A DNA stretch of 64,000 nucleotides, from contig CAVNZM010000012.1 of NCBI GenBank assembly GCA_963693365.1, forward strand, positions 2,418,001 through 2,482,000. The letters run 5' to 3'. Source of the stretch: Amoebidium appalachense (taxonomy: Eukaryota; Protista; Ichthyosporea). How positions within the stretch are numbered: position 1 is the first letter of the stretch; every line of letters starts with the position of its first letter. Positions 35,478 to 48,900 of this stretch are shown here, in pieces. The notes beneath the pieces were generated by a model. It saw nothing but the letters and a program-made list of their open reading frames with translations. It was not told where the DNA came from and searched no databases. The position numbers and the translations under genes are program-made.

Positions 35478-35929
35478 ACCCACCCACCCACACACACACA
35501 CACCCCACACACACACACGCACATACACCCCTGAAAGTACTTTACCCCCCCCCCCCCCCCCACCCCCACCACCACCCCTCCCCCCACTCCCCTGCCCCCC
35601 CTCCCCCTCCCCCCCCCCCCCTCCCCCCCTCCCCCCTCCCCACCCAACACACGCACACATCATGGCACAGTCACACAATCAGACAGGTGCAACAATCACA
35701 CATGTCTACCCAGAATAGAACTTAGGGATCGATCACTTGGGTCAGCAGGGGTATTATGGTCGGATATTTAAATGCTTGTCAGGTGTAAAGAGGGTAGGAG
35801 GCAAAAGGCAGGTGGAGAAGAAGGTGAAGGGCCGTGCGTGGAGGTGGGGGGATTGGGGACAGAGAGGGGGGGGGGGGGGGGGAAGAGGGGAGGGATGGGG
35901 AGGGGCGGGGGTGAGGGGTGTGTGTGTGT

Positions 35930-35984
<55 letters not shown>

Positions 35985-36749
35985 AATGTACCTGCAAGAA
36001 CTCGTATAGGTCTTGTAGCTCATTGTCCGGGGCATATGTGTAGACAGACCGCTGTGGGATTCTGAAGGTTAGATATGTACGGATACACCATCCATGGCAT
36101 GTAAACATGTATACTCATATACTGCACCCTACACATGTATTCATATCCTGCCCATCGGCTTGAAGCCTTGGGCCAGTAAACCAAGCAAAAAGGGGGCATC
36201 TCTTTGAAAGCAGCTGAGTTGGGCATACGGTTTGTATGGTGTTTTGTATTGGCGCAACGTGGAGAGGGTGGGGGCCGGGTGTGTGTGTGTGTGTGTATGT
36301 GAGTGGGAGGGGGGGGCGGAGGGGAGGGTGGAGGCAGAAGGGACGGAGAGAAGGGAGGCAAGGGATGAAAGGGGGGGGGGGGGGGGGGGGGGGGATGGGG
36401 GGGTGGGGGTGTCTACATTTTCCTCCCTTTACCCCCCCCCCCCCCCCCCCCCCCCCACACACACACACCCGGCCCCCCTTGGGGCGCTCCAGACCTCCTC
36501 TCAACCACCACCATATCACCATCTACCCACTCCGTAACCACCTTTTTCCCAGCTCACATCCCTCGGCTAGAAATACACTTCTCTCTCCACCCACACAACG
36601 CCACATGTATGTGTGGTGTATTCATTTGTGCCTTTGCTCATACAGGTTGTTGGGTACATGTATGTGTGTGTGTGTGCAGGACCTTAAGTCTGGCAATGCT
36701 GGGGCAGAATCCCTCTCAAGGTGTGTGTGTGTGTCTTTGTTTGTGTATG

Positions 36750-36811
<62 letters not shown>

Positions 36812-36820
36812 GGTTTTTTT

Positions 36821-36859
<39 letters not shown>

Positions 36860-37540
36860 TGGTGTGTGTGTGTGTGTGTGTGTAATTTTGTGTGTGTGTG
36901 TGTTCCTGCATGGCGTGCATGGGTGGGTGCGAGGGGGAAATGTTACTCTGCTTGTGCATTTGCATGCCAGTGTGCCGGATTGGGTGTGTGTGGCATGTGT
37001 GTAAAAGTGTGCATGCAAGCATGCGTGTATACAAGCATGTGTGTGTGTGTGTGTGTGTGCGTGCAAGCTCGCACGTAGGTGTGTGTGCGCATATGCATCT
37101 ACCTGAGTGTGCATGAGCATTTGCGTGTGTGCACGCACACATTTAAATGTGCCTGTGTGTCTATATGTGTGTACATGCGAGAAATTTTGTATGTGTGTTT
37201 CGGGCATTTGTGTGTGTGTGTGTGGACACATGCATGTCTATTCTAGCCCCTCCCCTCACCTGCTGCAATGCAGTCATTGCCTGGACCTTCGCCACTATGT
37301 CTCTGGTGCCAGCCAGATCCAGTAACCCATCAGCCCTGGCTGTACGTCTGCCCACTGCCCCAGCAAGCTCCTCCACATGCCACTCTGGGTGTCTGTGTCA
37401 GTCTCACCCATCACATTGCATACTGATGAACCAACAGAGCCTGTGTGGTTACAATATCTCCCTCTCCCTCCCTCTCCTTCTCTCTTTCTCTCTTCCTCCT
37501 CCCTCCCCTCCCCCCACCACTCCCCCCCCCCCCCAACCAC

Positions 37541-37617
<77 letters not shown>

Positions 37618-37721
37618 ACACGCTGGCACACATACCGATTAATTCTTCTCCCCTTCTCCACGCCACCATCTCGAACCATCCCCAATCCCCACGGACCCAT
37701 CTGAATGCATGGCCAGACAAA

Positions 37722-37786
<65 letters not shown>

Positions 37787-38483
37787 ACACCAACACATCC
37801 AACAAAAATAATACCAGGCAGGGCGCGGGAGGGTGTACATGTGTGTGTGTGCGTGGGGAGGGGGAGAGGGGGGGGGGGGGGGCTGGGGCTACTCAGCCGC
37901 CACTGCCACCTAAAAAATAAAAATAAAATAAAACAAAAAAAAAAAAGAAGAAGAAGAAGAAGATAAGAGAGATGGCAGAAACACGTATAAAGCCTCACAC
38001 CCATACCTATGTTAGGCACGGCAGCCACCTTTGCAATGTCCAAGGCATCACGGTAGGCCCTCCACTGCCCATCACTCAATGTGAGCCCGGACAGCTGGGT
38101 CAGAATGTCATGCCGCCGTTGTGAAAGGCCCTGGGGGTGAAAATGTTAGTGGGTGGTCGGTGTTTGATGAATGGGCCAAGACTGCTGGAAAAAGGAATGT
38201 TAGGAGAGAGGCGTGATGAGAAAGCGGCAAGGAGAGTGGTTCATAACTCTACGGGGGGGGGGGGGGGGGGGGGGGGGGGAGGGGTGGGGGTTGTGTGTGT
38301 GTCTGTGTGCGTGCTTGCGCGCGAGTACGGTGTGTGTGTGTGTGCGAAGGGGGGAGGGGGGTCATATCCAGTCCCAGTAGCTTGGATCTGGTACGGATTA
38401 GAAGCACGTGTACGATAAGGTTGAGAGTTTGTAACCCGAGGGAGTGGTGTGTGTGTTTTGTGTGTGTGTGTGTGTGTGGGGGT

Positions 38484-38518
<35 letters not shown>

Positions 38519-38830
38519 CTATAAAGGGGCATGTTTGTGTCTGCCTGTGGCATGGCCAATAAACTGTACGGGCAGAATATCAGCTCCATGGAATTTATGC
38601 CGTGGATCGAACAAAGCCAGCAACAGAGCATGTGCCCCCCCTCCCCCCTCCCCCCCCCCCTCCGCCCCCTTTCCCCCCTGCCCCCACCCCCTACCCCCTA
38701 ACCCCCACCCACCCAACCTAATTCCCAGATCTATACACACCTTCCAAGTTTTTTTGAGACGCAGCACTGGGGCTGAGTTTAATGCGGAAACTATGGCAAT
38801 GGTGGCCTGTAGATTGCCCTGTCCGTACAG

Positions 38831-38924
<94 letters not shown>

Positions 38925-39287
38925 TGGTTGTGGCGGGGATATGGGGAGGGGGAGTTAGGGAGTGGAGTGGAGGGGGAGCCGGGGGGGGGGGGGGGGGGGG
39001 GGTTGTGGGACGGTCAGATCACAATCATAAGATAGGCAACATTGGATGAAACACTGCCTGAAAAACAGGTAGATGGATACAAGGGAGTTGGTGTCTGGTG
39101 GTGTGCGGTGGGTAGGGAGACAAAGAGGAAGAGCGGCGGGCGGGGGTAGGGGGGAGGGGGGGAGGGGGGAGGGGGGAAGGAGGTTGGGGGGAAAAGGCGG
39201 CGGGGGGTGGGGGTTGGGGGGGGAGGGGAAGGGGAGGAGTGATTTGCCAACCAACATACCAACATTATTTGATTCCACGCCCCCCCG

Positions 39288-39339
<52 letters not shown>

Positions 39340-40101
39340 CTCCCCATCTTAATCCTCCCAACTGCAACCACCACCACCACCATCACCATCCTGCTTCCCC
39401 TAACCCCTACTGCCTTCACTGTTTCCGTCTCCCCCGAAGTTGATAACACCCCCATTCTCTTCTTTGTATTATAACCAGCACTTTTTCTTCGTTCCCTCAC
39501 ACCCATCACAACCATTGGGGCACATCACTAGTCATGCATGCACATCATTGCACACACCCACCTCAGCCAGCTGGATCCAGACCTTAAGCAGTGCGGTTCT
39601 GTCTTTGGCCTTTTCAGGCACCACCATGCTGGTCATCACAAACCCCTTGAACTGGAAAAGGCAAGAAACAGAGTCAGGTGGTGGGTATTGGTGAAATAAT
39701 ATATCACTATGATACTGGTAAATGGTCACACGGGAGAGACAGACAGGCCGAGGGTTAGGAGAGAACAGGTAGGGCATGACGTGCGTGTGTATGTGTGCAG
39801 GTGTTGTGGCGTACTTGTATGAACACGCTTAGTATGCAACCTTTGAATTTCAGTTCTTCACTATGTGTTGTATCGCATGGTTCCAACAACAGAAACACGG
39901 GGCAAAAGGACGGCAGGTGGGGGGGATGGGGGGGGGGGGGGGGGGAAGAGGGGGAAAAGGGGGGGGGGGGGGGGGGTGCATACTGCTTGTGCACTGTCGA
40001 GGCACCTGAGCAGATTTTTTGCCCTCCTCTCCTTGTCACCGTCTGGGGCTCCAACCAGCAGGAACTCTCGGGGTTCAATGGGCCTAAACAGCTGTTGTGT
40101 G

Positions 40102-40150
<49 letters not shown>

Positions 40151-40276
40151 ATTGTGTGTGTGTGTGTGTGGAAGGTGTGAAATGTGTTACGAGTACAAAG
40201 TACACATTCATGACGGATGGTGTCGAGAGGGGCAGGGAAGGGGGAGGGGGGGAGGGGGCTGTCATTGAATTTGAGT

Positions 40277-40321
<45 letters not shown>

Positions 40322-40323
40322 TG

Positions 40324-40355
<32 letters not shown>

Positions 40356-42034
40356 GTGGTGGTGGTGGTGGTGGGGGGGGGGGGGGGGGGAGGGGGGAAG
40401 GAGGGAGGGAGGGGAGGGGGAAGGGGGCAAGGGGGGTAATGTCAGTGGATGAGAATGATAGCTTCGAACAGATATGGGACTGACTGTAAGTGTGACCTCT
40501 TGCTGATGTTATGCATGTTACACGAACCCCGTTAAGATATGCTAAGCTAGTTCCTTTTGTGCCACCCCCGATCGAGTCTCTCTCTCATTCTTTCGCCTTT
40601 TTTTTCTTTTTCCGAATCTCTCATTTTTTTTGTTTTCCCTCTGTCTCTCTGTTCAAAGCTCTTTCCCGAGGGTGGGGGGCGGGTGGGTGGGGGGAGGGGG
40701 AGGGGGGGTCAGAGTGCGTTACTGAGTATGAAGCACACATTCACAAAGGATGACACCTCAGAAGTTGCATAGAACACACAAAGAACATGCATTCCGTCAC
40801 AAACAGTGCAACAGAGCCCGAGGGATAGGGGGGTAGGTGGGGGGGAAGGGGGGAGAGGGGGGGAGAAGCAGAAACAAGTATATTCGTGAGCAGAGCCAGA
40901 CCAGGAGGAAGACAGAAGAAAAGGTGTGTGGGGGGGATGAGGGGGGAAGGGGGTGGGGAAAGGGTGGGGGGGGGGAGGTGGGGCTTAACACACGTGTACT
41001 GACCTGTGCGTCGACCAGGGTGATCTGGTCAGCAAAGGCAGCCAGGGGCATGGCCTCACTCAGCAGCCTTCCCACAACCATAGCCGGGGCTGTGAGGGTG
41101 CGCGGTTTGGACTGCATGCGCACGGGCCGGGAGATCTTTTCCGTGCGGCGCTGTATGTGCATGGGGTGAAAGGTCGTTAGTTACGTTGATACATAAGGGT
41201 GGCCAATGAGCGGGGGGAGCGGGCGGGCGGGGGGGAGGGGGGAGGGAACGGGGCAGAAAGGTATGTCTGCACCTGTGCTTGCCGGTGTGTGCAGTGTGTG
41301 TGTGTGTGCGCGTGCGTGTACGGCTGGGTGGGTGGGTTGGTGGGGGGGAGGGGGGGGGAGGGGGGGGGGGGGGGGGGGAGGGGAGGGGACGGGTAAGCTT
41401 CTACTCAAAGGACTTAGCTGGGACTATCTAGCTATCATGATATGGTTGCCAATACACAGGAACTCAAAGACTCTATATATCCTCAGACCACAAAGCAAGT
41501 TAGACTACGGAGAGGAGAGATTGGGGGGAGGGGGGGGGATGCCTACGGTAGCCAGCACGGCTATGAGGTCCTGCAGGGCAGAGGCTGCACCTGGATTTCG
41601 CACCTGCAAGACCGTTAGTAGGATATTGGCCAGGCATGCACAGTGGCACAACTATTGTTCATGTAACGATTATCTTTTTGTTCTGCTCGGTCTTTATTCT
41701 GAGTTCCTTATTCAGTGTGCATGCTGCTGTCGAAAACGACCTCCCCCCCCCCCCCCCCCCCCCCCTCCCCCCCCCCCCTTCCCCCCGAAAGAAAAAAAAA
41801 AAAAAGGCAGAAAGAAAGTATAGGGCGAAAAACTTAAAAAACTAGGAAAAAAGAGGAGCCCCCCCCCCCCCCCCCCCCCCCCCACCTCCCCTCCACCTCC
41901 CCCCCACCCCAACCCCTCCCCCTCCCCTCCTCCTGGCCCCCTTTTCCTCTTATATTGTTTTTCTTTCTTTCTCTCTTTTCTTTCTTTCTCTTTTTCTTTC
42001 TTTCTTTCTTTCTTTCTTTCTTTTTTTTTTTTTT

Positions 42035-42065
<31 letters not shown>

Positions 42066-43244
42066 GGGTGGGTGGGGGATGACGACGGGATGTATTCAAC
42101 AGAGCAACTACGCTTTGTCACGAAAGGGGGCCCTACGTGATTGCGACCCAAAAGCTATTAGGGCAAAGGGGTGCAGAGTACACGGAGAGAGTGCCAAAAT
42201 CGAATATGAATGGGAATGGGATGGGTTTTGGCCCACCGTCACTTTCGTGGACACAAGGCAGGGCACACGGACACGTGAGCAACAACCTCATATGCGCGCG
42301 TGCATGCGTGTGTGTGTCCTTGTGTGTGTGCGCGCACGTGTGTGTTTGTGTGCGCGTGCGCGTATCAGAATGGGTGTCAAAATTGGATACATATAGGATG
42401 GGTGTTGGCTCACCGTGACTTTTGTTGACACGAAGTCTGTCAGCTGGTAGTACACGTCACCCACAAAGTCCTCCAGATAACTCCGAAGCCATGACGTCAG
42501 CTGCAGGGAAGAACATGTGGTGTGGGTTGGTGTGGGTTTGTGTAATGTGATGAACACAGTGAATGTGTGGGGGTAGCTACTAGTAAGGTTAACGGCGGGA
42601 TGTGATTGGTGAGATATAAAATGCCGAATATGAAAAAAAGTGAAAAATGAGTCAAGCACTTATTTCTAACACTGGATGTGCAGGTTTTTATGCATGCCTA
42701 TAACATGCCTAAACGCGCAGATTTGAAGGTTGCATGCACGTGAACCCACAGACACCATCACACACAAAACATAATAACCACACGCTCAAGCATGCGAAAG
42801 GTTCCGGTGTGCAACTTGATAATGTGCATGCACTTGGCACACAAAAACATTTGCACCTCACAAGTAGAGGCACACCACACATGCTGCCGCAATGGTCATG
42901 CCACCCAGAGATTTAATTTTTGCCCACCACACCAACACAAACACATGCATGTGCGTTATGCACGGTTTGTGTGTCCCAAGGCACAAACAGCACTGCCCTT
43001 CATCTCTCCATTCTCCCATCTGCACTCCTTTGAAACGCAAATATTTCTAGCCCCCCTTCCTCATATCTATTCTCAAGAATCACATCGGCATTTCACAAAC
43101 CCACCATGTTACTAACCATTGTAGGGCGCTTAGTGAATGTGGGTGGTAGTATCAGAGGTGCAAGTGATGGTGGTGATGGTCGTGATGGAGTCTTATTTTT
43201 ATTGCATTTCATTTTTATTCCTTGGGGGGGGTGGGGGGGTTGAA

Positions 43245-43335
<91 letters not shown>

Positions 43336-43486
43336 CATGTGTGTATGTGTGTGTGTGTGTACGATGTGTGTGTGTGTTTTGGGGGGGGGGGTGGGGGGAC
43401 GAGGGGGACTGGAGAAGGGAGGGGCATGAGGGGTATTAACAGAACTAAGTATATATATACCGCATAGAAGGGGAATCTATATTTTT

Positions 43487-43537
<51 letters not shown>

Positions 43538-44530
43538 CTCTCCCTCTCCCCCCCCCCCCCCCCCCCCCCCCTCTCTCTATATCCATATATATATCATGAT
43601 ATATATATGATAAAAATATATATGGGGGGGGGGGGGGGGGGGAGGGGGGGGGGGGGGGAGAGAGAGAGAGAGAGAGAGAAAGATTGCTCGATCATCCTGC
43701 TCACATAGTGAACACTTCGCAACCACATACCAGAGATACGACCAAGGCCCGGATTTCTGCTGCCTGGGGGTCTGTTTCAGGCACATCGTATGTTTGGTCG
43801 TTAAGGTGTGTGCTTGTCCTGTTGTTCCCTAAAACACACATTCAAACCCAGAAAACCGATCACCATAATGCTTGAACAGCCAAGACAGCGAAATAGCAGA
43901 GGAGAGGAGAGAGGAATGACCGAAAAAAAAGGGGGGGGAGAGGGGGGGAGGTTAATTGGTCATAAACCTGCAAGTGCCCTCTAAATCAGCTGGTCCCCCC
44001 CCCCCCCCCCCCCCCCCCCCCACCCTCACCCCCCTCTCTCTTCCCTTCCTCCAGACACGCACATCCACCACCACCACCACCGCCATTACCCACCCACCCA
44101 CCCGCCACCCACGTGGCACACCACACCCGGTGATCTCCCCCCCCCCCCCCCCCCCCCCCCCCCCAGACACGCACGCATCCACCACCACCGCCACTCCCCC
44201 ACCCATGCATCCACACACAAGCACACCCACACACATGCGCGTGTGGGCGCACCACACCAGAAGCCCCCTGCATGAACTCTATCCCCACCACCTCCAACCA
44301 CCCTCCCCCCAACCAACAATATAGGTGCTAACCCAGCATATCTGCATGTAAGGATATCTCAGGACCAGCAGGTGCAGTAGCTGCCCAGCCCCACCAAGGG
44401 CCTCCAGGTCGAGAAGCAGGGCCTTTTCAAGCTCCTCATCTGGTGCATTATCCGAAGTTGTGAGTCATCTTTTCTTCTATTTTCTATGAGCAAGGTTTCC
44501 TTTTTTTTCCTTTTTCCTTTTTTTTTTCTT

Positions 44531-44576
<46 letters not shown>

Positions 44577-44623
44577 TCTTCACTTCTATTTTCTATGTAT
44601 GAGCAAGTTTTTTTTTTTTTTTT

Positions 44624-44654
<31 letters not shown>

Positions 44655-45728
44655 TACAGACAGAACAGTTTTCAACTCTAGAAGCTACCGTTTCCCAATT
44701 GGCTCTGCCTATACCCTTAGGCAGAATGATGCCCTACGAGTATTGCATACAACCGCCTTTGGTTGTTTCTATATTGTTGGGATTATAACTCCATGCCGAG
44801 AGCCAGTGTTTGATGCCAGGCGCGGTGGTTATGTGCTGTAATCTTGATTCATGCAGCCGGGAGAGAAGAACAGATTTTCGAGTTGCATTCCCGGTTTTTT
44901 CTTGCTAGCTTTGTCCTCCAGAATACAAAGTATCAGAAAACGCCGGGGTTATTCTCGGTTAAGTTTTCACGTGTGCCTGGATGCAATATGCATTCTGTAG
45001 GAATAGTGTGGAACGTGTCTGCATGTGTATGCTCGTTTTCATGGCGTGTGTGTGTGTGTCTTAACACCGACAGGCACTGAAGTGGTGTTCGAAGTGCCTG
45101 GTGTGCATGCAAGGTCGATTGATTTGGCTTTTTGAAACACATCCTTGTGCGCAAGGAATTGCTACTATGCATGTCGTGCATGGTTCAAATTGAGCATTGT
45201 GTTCAAGCCACCTGAACACAAAATGATTTGTGAGGTCTCGAATCTTTCACAGATCTTCATACATCTTGACCACCCTCTCCATGGCATAATCTTAAACCAC
45301 ACTTTTTGAGCAAGCAGATCCGTGCGCCGTATGCAGCACGTAAGCGTGTAAGAAAAAATGAGAGTACAGGCACGTTTGACACAACTCATCTCACTCACCA
45401 TGTGTGCTTGGTTGAGTAAGCCGTTCGACGACTTTGATCAGTGACGCAGCAACAATGATAGGGTGTGAACTGCCCGAGGCAGGCATGGCCAGTACGATGT
45501 TGCTTGGCCCATCTCTCTGATTGAAAGGATACTGTAAAGCAGCGAATTGTGTCCATCAGTGCTCGGTCACTGTTAAAACGGTCATTGGGCATTTCGTGGA
45601 CTCCAAATTCTGAGTGCGTGCGCGAGAAATAGTGGAAACCAAGAAGAACGTAAAGGGGATTCAGCATGTGTGTGGTTGTGTGGGGTTGGTGGTGATGTTT
45701 GCTTTATGATCGTTTCAATTTTTTGGGG

Positions 45729-45765
<37 letters not shown>

Positions 45766-46414
45766 TCTAACGGGTGCAGATGGGGTGGAGGGGAGGGGAT
45801 GAGCAAGGGGCGGGCCGAGGGAGAAGGAGAGCAGGAGTGTGAGGGGAAAGAACTTTTCTACCCACGGTGCACACGTGAAGATTGGCAACATTCATCCATT
45901 CAGCCTAACAGTGCTATGCATCAGACCACTGAATGAGTGTGGGATGGCTGGTACACACTTGAGGTGCCTCTGCTGCCTGAAGCCCTGGTGGTGGGATCTC
46001 TTGAGGACGCAGCGACGCTGGCTCATTTCCGCTGTGACCTGCTCGTTCCAATATCTCCCTGCACTCACGCAATTTCTCCTGCACAAGCCAGGTGTTTTCA
46101 ACCGGTCAGGCGCTGCCGAGGGCTATCTGATGACCATGTTGCGAAGGGCAGAGTAACATTGCCAGCCAAACTAGCCTATGGCCAGATTCAAATTTAGCGG
46201 CTTACTTGCCGCATTGGTAGCCCAAGCTACTAAAGTAAGCACGGAATAGGCTCCGGTGTGCTCTATTATAAAAACCTACCTGGATAGCAGGCGGGAATGC
46301 TTTTTGAAGGTAGGGTTCTGCTGCTGCAAGAATTCGCCCAGCGTGCTGACAGATGATGGCCTCCCATTTTGCCCTGCGCTCGCTATCTATGTTGATGTGC
46401 CCATAGTTTACTGC
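35242..46414 (-). CDS. SOS-like Ras guanine-nucleotide exchange factor (REM + CDC25 domains), about 15 exons, start codon unresolved (probably 46400-47100)
   Basis: Spliced translation: YPFNQRDGPSNIVL..HPIIVAASLIKVVERLTQPSTH|DEELEKALLL..LLHLLVLR|YDVPE..|LTSWLRSYLEDF (REM domain). Then FADQITLVDAQ|LFRPIEPREFL, KDRTALLKVWIQLAE, NLQATIAIVSALNSAPVLRLKKTWK, QWRAYRDAL..VPNI, ALQQ|RSVYTY and DLSCTREP..TGA (CDC25 domain). Confidence 0.85.
43792..44357 (-). other. U12-type (minor spliceosome) AT-AC intron
   Basis: 5' splice site AG|ATATCCTTAC, branch site ACCTTAAC (43800-43807), 3' end ...GACCAAAC|. Removal gives in-frame LLVLR-YDVPE, matching the SOS REM pattern LIIERFEIPE. Confidence 0.85.
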
Positions 46415-47467
46415 AGCGTAGCTGTGATAGGCAAGGTTACATAAAGGATCTCTAATGATCAGAATTCCAAACATTTTGGCAAAGCTTTCCAAGCACATTT
46501 CTAGATCTGGACCTGGACCACATGTGTTATTTAACTTCAATCCCAGCCGATGGCCTTTATACGAGTATACTTACCAACCAATAGCGGATGCAGCAGCCAC
46601 GACATAAAGTGCTGTTATCCGACCCATGACTGCGCACTCACTCAGGCACTTGTGTTTCCACACTCTGCTTTGTGCCCTGTTTCCATCCGTTGGAAGCTTC
46701 TCTGTCTTCAGCTTTCGATAGGTGTCCCTGAACTCACATTACACTCTCTGTGAGGTCAAATCTTGGATCCTTTACCACCAATATATAAACACAGAAATGT
46801 GTAGTGTTTCAGATGGCACCGAACTCCGAACTTGTCGCTCTGAGCACGAACCTCTCAAACCGTCAGGCTAAACTTTTTGGATCTAAGGAGCATCAACGAA
46901 TCACTGTTGCTGGACAGGTTGGGAAACATGCAGGCTACTGAGCAACTCAAGACCCTCTGTTTGTAGCGTGGAGATAGTTATAAGCATTCTAGACGGCAAT
47001 GGCCATTGATAATCCCTTTTCCCTTGGTTTTCGTTCTTTATTGGCACAACATCGGGGAGGAGAACTGAGACCATGACCGACTCTTGAGCGCGAGCCTCTG
47101 AGGAAGAGTGGTGCGTTAACTGGTGCGCCGGCTTCATCTTTTGAAGCAGTTTGATGTGCTGCTAACCAATCATCCATTAGGTAAGTTCGCTGTGTTCCAA
47201 CGGAAGATTAGTACTTACGTAAGTAAGCAGGCCTGGTAAGCTGTGATCGGAAGCACTCGTTTTACTTCAGACCCCTAACTCTCAAGAATTCGGGGCTTGT
47301 TCTCGTATGATATAAATTCTAGCGACTACCTACCGAACCTTACTGGCGTATTGTTATTTCCTTCTTATTACGCATACAATCTAGTTCATTCATACACTTC
47401 TGCACTAGTGTGAAGCCTTTACTCTTTCTCACACCACTTTCTACACTCCACAAGTCTCGTTTGCAGA

Positions 47468-47848
47468 ATGGCAGCCAGTTCAGAAAACGAAATGCGTGCC
47501 TTGTTTCTGGACGCACAAGACCAGCTCGCACAGTCACAGCAGAGGCGAAAACTCATTATGGCACAAATCGAAGGGAAAAAACGGGATGTTATGGCCGCTG
47601 AATTTACCCTCGACCACGTGAAGTTGCTACCAAAGGCCACACCGTGCTACCTCTCTGTGGGGCGCATGTTTGTCAAGCAGTCACACGATCAGATCAACGC
47701 ACACCTGGCAGTACGCTGTGAGCGGGCAAAGGACTCGGTCAAGCAGCTGGAGCAGAACAAGGAGGTTGTTGGGAGGACCATCAAGGAGAAGGAGAACGCC
47801 ATGAGGGAGCTGTTGATGAACAGGGCAAGGATGCAGGCAGGCCAATGA
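47468..47848 (+). CDS. PFDN1: Prefoldin subunit 1 (beta-type), uninterrupted CDS
   Basis: 126-aa coiled-coil protein with the beta-prefoldin hairpin TPCYLSVGRMFV and the C-terminal KEKENAMRELL. A probable 5'UTR intron (donor near 47181, acceptor TTGCAG at 47466) precedes it. Confidence 0.9.
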   Translation: MAASSENEMRALFLDAQDQLAQSQQRRKLIMAQIEGKKRDVMAAEFTLDHVKLLPKATPCYLSVGRMFVKQSHDQINAHLAVRCERAKDSVKQLEQNKEVVGRTIKEKENAMRELLMNRARMQAGQ

Positions 47849-47994
47849 ACGCGGCGTCTACTCGGCCTAGATCTATGTTCGGCTATGGGTAGCCGCGCTT
47901 TTTCAGGATTGACAGCATTACGGCACTCTGTAAATATATTCTCTTCGCTTGCAGTCTTAAAGCAGCCACCGATTTGAAGAGCGTCTTGGCTTGG

Positions 47995-48900
47995 ATCCTT
48001 CCTCCCTCTCGCCTTCCGCCCCTCCCCAAACCCCTTCCTCCGTTTCCCTCTCTGTATAAACCTCTTTCCCCCTCTCTCTTTCTCTCTCTCTCTCCCCCCT
48101 TCCCCCCCCCCTCTCTTTTCTCGCTCTCTCTCTCTCGCCCTCTCTCTCCCCCCCCCCCCCCCCCCCGCCCTCTCTCTCTCTCCCCCCCCTCCTCTCTCTC
48201 TCCTCTCTCTCTCACCTTCCCTGTTGGCCTCTCCCTCTGCCTCTCTACAACCGCCTCCCCCCACACACACAGTCTCTCTCTCACCGTCTCCCCTCTCCCT
48301 CTTCCCCCCCTCCCCCCTCCCCCTCCCCCCCTGCTCTCTCCCACCCATAACGAAGCATGCAAAATTACTCCAGCTCTCTCTCTCTCCCTCCTCTCTTTTT
48401 TTTTGCTCCCCCCCCCCCCCTCCCCCCCCCTTCCCCTCCCCCCCCCCCTCTCTCGCGCGGCCTCTCGCCTCTCTCTCTCTCTCCCTCCCTTCCTCCCTCC
48501 CTCCCTCTCTCCTCCCTCTCTCCCAAATTCCCTCTCACTCGGCCCCTCCCCCCATTGTCCCCCCCCCCCCCCCCCTTCCCCCCCCAATCTATCTCCCCCC
48601 CCCCCCATCCTCGTTCCCTTTCTTGCTCCCTTGCTCACTCCCTCCCTCCCCCCTCTCTCTCTTTCTTTCCCCACCTCCCTCTCCCCGCTTCCTCTTTCTC
48701 ATCTCTCTCGCCGCCTCGCGCAAAGGCACACATGCTATTTCTTTCTTTCTCTCTCTCTTTCCATCACTTTTCTCTCTCCCTCCCTCTCTCTCGATTTCCC
48801 CCTCTCTTTCTCTCCCTCTCTTGCTTTCGCTCGCGCTTCCCCTTCCTTCCCGCCCCCCTTTTGTTCACCGTTCTTGCCCCCCTCGATCTCTTCCTCCCAC
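47995..48900 (+). repeat. ~900-bp polypyrimidine (CT/C-run) tract
   Basis: Nearly continuous C/T on the + strand. It is the source of the spurious 348-aa and 263-aa ORFs. Confidence 0.9.

Noticed and set aside
45524-45532. Perfect U12-like donor GTATCCTTT on the - strand
   Set aside because: It overlaps the acceptor CAG|TAT CCT TTC of the REM exon, whose YPFNQRD matches the SOS pattern, so it is best read as coding.
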